A stretch of DNA of 64,000 nucleotides from Lingula anatina. Its lineage: Eukaryota; Animalia; Brachiopoda. The first letter of the stretch is position 1; each line of letters begins with the position of its first letter. This document shows, piece after piece, positions 59,282 through 64,000 of the stretch. Location of the stretch: the NCBI GenBank assembly GCA_051362555.1, contig CM120644.1, positions 25,566,534-25,630,533 on the forward strand, given 5' to 3'. The notes below the pieces were generated by a model. That model searched no databases. It was not told the origin of the DNA and saw only the letters and a list, made by a program, of their open reading frames with translations. The translations under genes and the position numbers were made by a program.

Positions 59282-61329
59282 AGCCTGGCCCCACTGCAAC
59301 GTCAGTCGCAAGGAGGTTGCCATAGGTTTTTAAGTGGTCGCATAAGGTTGCTAACAGGTCGCCTGCGATTGTTGACACATGAAGGCGATTTTTTGTGGAC
59401 CGACAACCAGTGAGACTAAAGATGAAAATTATTGGTATCCTAAAGGTTGCCTATCGGTCTCTTCTTGGTTGTCAGTAGGTTGCTATAACCAGTAGCATAC
59501 CATTTGCAACTGCACGGTCGATTGACCGTATTTAGACGACTGGCCGTTTACAAGTTTTTTACCAGTCGCAAGTAGTCGGCAGCAGGTCGCTAGAAGGTTG
59601 CAGTTGTAACTGCATGGTCGATTGACGGTCTTTAGTATCTTGGTCGCTAACAGGTTTTTTACCAATCGCAGGCGTTCTAAAATATGTGGCAGGAAGGTTG
59701 CAAGCGACTGCAATAAAATAGGCGTAGGATGGTGGTCTATTTGGGCAAAGACTTTTTTCATAATTTGTTATGTAAGACTTCTAAATATCAAGGTAATAAA
59801 TTATAATATATTAGAAAAAGAAAACATAAATTGCATTTGTTGGCAATATTTTAAACCAGTTGCCAAGGCTTTCATATACCAGGTATTTCACACTTACGAA
59901 ACCAAAATAAAAAAAAAGGTGATGATAAAAGCAATGAAAGATTTTTTTGACGCTACGTTTATTTATTTTATCATTTTGCGAAAATCATAGGTAAAATGCC
60001 GAAAACCTCTATTATATATCGTTGTATGTTATTTAAACTTTGCAAAGACATATTATCAGAGTAAACAATGAAATAAATACACGAATGCAGAGAAAACGGA
60101 AAATAAAAGCAATTTAATCAGCAAGGTACAACCACAAATAATTGAACAAATCGTAAAATATGTCCAATAGACTTAAATAAAAATAGTTTCAACACAAACA
60201 ATTTAACATCTTCCCAGTGCTTGGTACCCACACTACAAGGATGAGAGTGTAAAAAGTACACGATGCGCATGACTTGTCACGATTTAATTACGTTGTATTG
60301 TAAGTGGCAAACGCCGAGGGTTAAAAAGACAAAGGGAAAACCACACATTCGGTTGCAAATCAGTTGCAAAGCAGTCGGCGACCTGTTAGCAACCGGTTGG
60401 ATACCACAAGTAGGTTTTTCGGTCGCCAGGAGGTTATCGGTGCTGCACCGAAAACCGGCGCAACCGGATATTAACCCTGCGTTCATTTGGAAACCACTTG
60501 GCGAGTTGTTGCAACCGGTCGCCGACCTTTTTGCAACCGGTGACAATTGCAAGTCGCAAAGAGGTTTTTTGTTCAGTGTGACCGTAACTGCACAGGCCTT
60601 GCGACCTCAAAGAGACCAAGTATTTGACCAAGAAAATATTAAAGAGTATTGTGAGATTAATAAGGATTATGCAAGTTTATTTTTATTACAGCACTGGTTT
60701 CGTTAGGTGTGGGTGTACTCTTTTCAAAACACTGTTGGTTCTATTTTTAGGAAGGAAATGAAAACTTCCTGATTTTCAAGTCGAAGTTCTTTCATCAAAT
60801 GTTTGTAATCGCCGTACAATGGGCGTCTTGCAATCCATGGGTTTTCCCAGTATTTTCGAGTTTTTTACTCGTTTTACTTCTTAGGTAAACAAAGTCAATG
60901 ATTATAGCAGTCCTGTCTTTTTGAAAAGGAGTCGTTTCACTAGAACATTTTTGACTTTTGAGAGGGGAATTTATGGGAAAGCAGCTACTGTCACAAGTTG
61001 GCAACATATATATTCTGTGCGACCTTGCTGCTACCAGTTGACAAGCGATTGCTACAGTCCTGCAACCGGTTTTCGGTCACCAAGTGGTTGCAGACAGGTT
61101 GTGTATCGCTCGGCAAACAGTGTGCGACTGGTAACCTATAACTTGAAGATGGTCTATAAGAGGTTGCAGATACCATACTGCAACCTTGTTACAACCGGTT
61201 TGCGACTGCTTGCCGATCAAAATTGGCCGCACCTTCTTAATTAGCTTGCAAAGTGATCGCAAGCGACCGCCAGATTTTGTGGTTGCAAAAAGGTTGCAAA
61301 AAGGTCGCAAGCGCAGTGTGACCCAGCCT
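59282..61329. mobile_element. Non-autonomous PIF/Harbinger-like element, TAA TSD
   Basis: Imperfect TIRs agcctggccccactgc / gcagtgtgacccagcct, TAA on both flanks, many ggt(c/t)gca subterminal motifs, no transposase ORF. Confidence 0.65.
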
Positions 61330-62406
61330 TAATAAAAAGTATGCAATACACAGCCTACATACAATTTCCCATATGCAATTCATAGTACACATATGTTCCC
61401 ATATGTTATACATTGTATACAAACATGTTCCCACATAAAATACATAGTTTGCAATTGCATACGTTCCCACGTGCACTGCATAGTACTTATACATGTCCCC
61501 ATATGCTATGTCACCCATTTTCTGTTCATAGCAAGATAATTGTCGGCTGCTCTTAAATGTTCAAGAAAAAAACCCTGTGAGTCCTTGTGTATTTGTGTGT
61601 ATCCCGTTTGCAAAATAAAAAAATGAAGAATGCCGGGAGACCTAAGTGTAACACACCTCCCATGATACCACTAAAAGCGCTATTTGACCTTCTTTATAAT
61701 AATGATAAAATAATAAGTAATATAATTAATGTTACGTAATTATAAGGATTCATACGGAGTCATATGCACGGTTATTTAAGATATACCCAATAGCTGGCCT
61801 TTTTAAATAGTTTTTAATTTAAACGTTTCTGTATTTTCAAACATTTTTAAATAGAAAAAAAATTGAAAGACAATTCTTGTTCTTTGTAAAGTTTATACGA
61901 TGTTTTTTCCATGGCCCTGTTACAAAGGCCAAATAGCGTGTGTCTTGATCCAGGCACGAACGTAATAAATAAGAAACCAAGAGTCGGGTTCACGTTTAAC
62001 ACAAAAGAAAATAATATATAAGAGTGCATTGCTAAAATTACAATGCAAATCTGCATACTTTTCACTATTGGATGAAATCTTGGTGACAGATGACACTTAG
62101 AGCAATATTTATCTTAGAAATACCTGATAGTTGTCAGTTATTAAAATCCAGAATGTCGTTACCACCATAACAGTGGCTTAAAGTCAAGCATTTGACCAAA
62201 AATCTTACCTTGAAAAATAACACTGACACTCAAATAAAACGATTGGTTCACATGCGGACATTAATTGAAATAAATGCTAAGTATATATAAGTGAAGATAA
62301 CATTATAGTGCTTGGTTTAAATATCGGTTTAGACTGTCTCAGTGAAAAGACAAGTCATTCCTTTTCTATTATATCCAACTGGGCCGATTTCCATCTTTCA
62401 CTGAAG

Positions 62407-62610
62407 ATGAAGTTTGTCGCGCTGGTATTGCTGGTTGCTGTCGGAATGGTCTTTACTGTGCTGACACAAGAGGCTCTCCCACCCGACCAGATTATGGAGG
62501 ATCTGATGAGTAATTCTACTCCCTACCAGTACTGGAAAGTGATGTTTGCTTTGGACAGTAGCCTCAGCGTTAGCGACAATGAATGGAATGATTGCTTATT
62601 ACCGTGCATG
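62407..62610 (+). CDS. Candidate first exon of a small secreted protein (MKFVALVLLVAVGMVFTVLTQEALPP...CLLPCM), possibly a pseudogene
   Basis: Signal-peptide-like N terminus, aagATG context, gtgaga donor, TATA-like gtatatataag at 62281; next strong acceptor (62808) is followed by in-frame TAA. Confidence 0.45.
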
Positions 62611-64000
62611 GTGAGATAATTTATATAAATACAACGCTGGGATTGGCCGGTCATATTAAGAAATATACATTTTTGCTCAAAACGGTTATCATAATCTCTA
62701 GATTATGATTATGATATACTCTCTAGATTTTGGGATTTAAATAATGTTGTAGGTTTTAAATCTATATTTACCAGTATGCACATATTTCGAATTCTTTCTT
62801 CCCCACAGTAACCAATGGCTATTTGACACTACTTAAGTCTAATGTGAGCATATGGCAATAGCTGGTGGCTCCACAGTTAATTTTTGTTCAAAGGATTTAC
62901 GACAGACCATCTGATCAGAATGACCTAACAGAGCGTGTCCCTCAGCAAGCATACCCAATTTGTGATCCTTTTAATCAAAATACACAATGTTTTGTTGTTT
63001 ACAGTGGCTTCCTCCAAAGTCGTCTGGTATTCGTACCTGTTAAAACCAGTCTGGTGTTCTCAAGGGACTTGAAGAACGTGTTCTTGTGACAATTTGTACC
63101 TCATTCTGAACGGAAAGGGTGGTATTTGTTTAGTTGCAGTGGCTTATCCGGAAGGACGGTGAGTCTTGTACCCTGGTGGTAAGATTTCGATACGCTGGGC
63201 GTGGCCTTTGTGCGGACTGTTGCGTGGACACAATGATCTGTCTGGCAATGCCTGTTTTTTTTTTTTTTTTCGCGCCATTCTTGCACAGGTTATACAGTTT
63301 TGTAACATAGTGATATTTACGAACTGCAAAACCGACCGCTTGCATGCAAAATTTCAAATTGTTCTGTGCAGTAGTTGCCGACGTATGGATACTTCTTTGA
63401 CAGAACCAAGCTTTGACCTGCCCCGAGGAGCATTCCCCAATTAAACCACAGCATATTACACACTGCAGCATTAATTGGTAGTCAGTTAATTGGTAGCGAC
63501 ACACCTGACTGTGCACTTCTCCATTCAGTTTTTTTAAATAAAGCATTTTTCCTATGCATGTCTTCTTATCTGAAATATTCTATATTAAATAATAAGTCTG
63601 TATATTAGGCCCCTTTAGAACAAATTGATCCGCGGATTAACTGGTCCACTGTTCAAATATGGCACTCACCCAGTCCCCTTACGATCTCCTCGACTACCAC
63701 ACGTGCCAGCCTTCCAGGGACACATCAACATATCCCCGGTGCCGAGATTTAAACCGTTGAATCTCTAGCTCCCTGCAGGCCTGTTGCATGTGGTAGACAT
63801 GGAGACCATTAAGGGATTAACGGTATCCCTTTCAAGTGGGCTGGGCCATATTTGATCTGCAGACCATTTAGTCCATGGATCATCTGTTTTGAATGCGGCC
63901 ATGCACCACTACCCTTTGATTTCATGTACTGGAAAGTGCCCGGGTTCTAAATAATCAAATTACCGCGAGCTATTAGGATTTTACAACATGAAAATAATAA

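Noticed and set aside
59190-61518. Cluster of short ORFs as a transposase
   Set aside because: No DDE or Myb-like motifs recognisable; ORFs derive from repeated ggt(c/t)gca motifs of a non-autonomous element.

Overview
Animal (invertebrate-like, probably lophotrochozoan; inference) genomic DNA. It holds two head-to-head multi-exon genes that can be reconstructed exon by exon with consistent intron phases. ELP2 (Elongator subunit 2) is on the minus strand: ATG at 24462, 16 exons visible down to 4229, 3' end off the left edge. CPVL (S10 serine carboxypeptidase) is on the plus strand: 12 coding exons, 36079-55135, 480 aa. A weak candidate secreted-protein exon lies at 62407. The main feature is that about 16 splice junctions of the two genes have each been amplified into their own unrelated tandem array (units 39-100 bp, about 4-120 copies). 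Each unit straddles the exon/intron boundary and carries a copy of the donor or acceptor. The array always extends into the intron and the coding copy is the terminal one. Several arrays are interrupted by non-autonomous DNA transposons (Helentron/HINE-like, Tc1/mariner-like, Harbinger-like MITEs). A 4.8-kb MULE-like element with long TIRs sits between the genes. The long ORFs in the ORF track are mostly repeat artefacts. No RNA genes or CRISPR arrays were found. Coordinates and copy numbers were read by eye and array edges are approximate.
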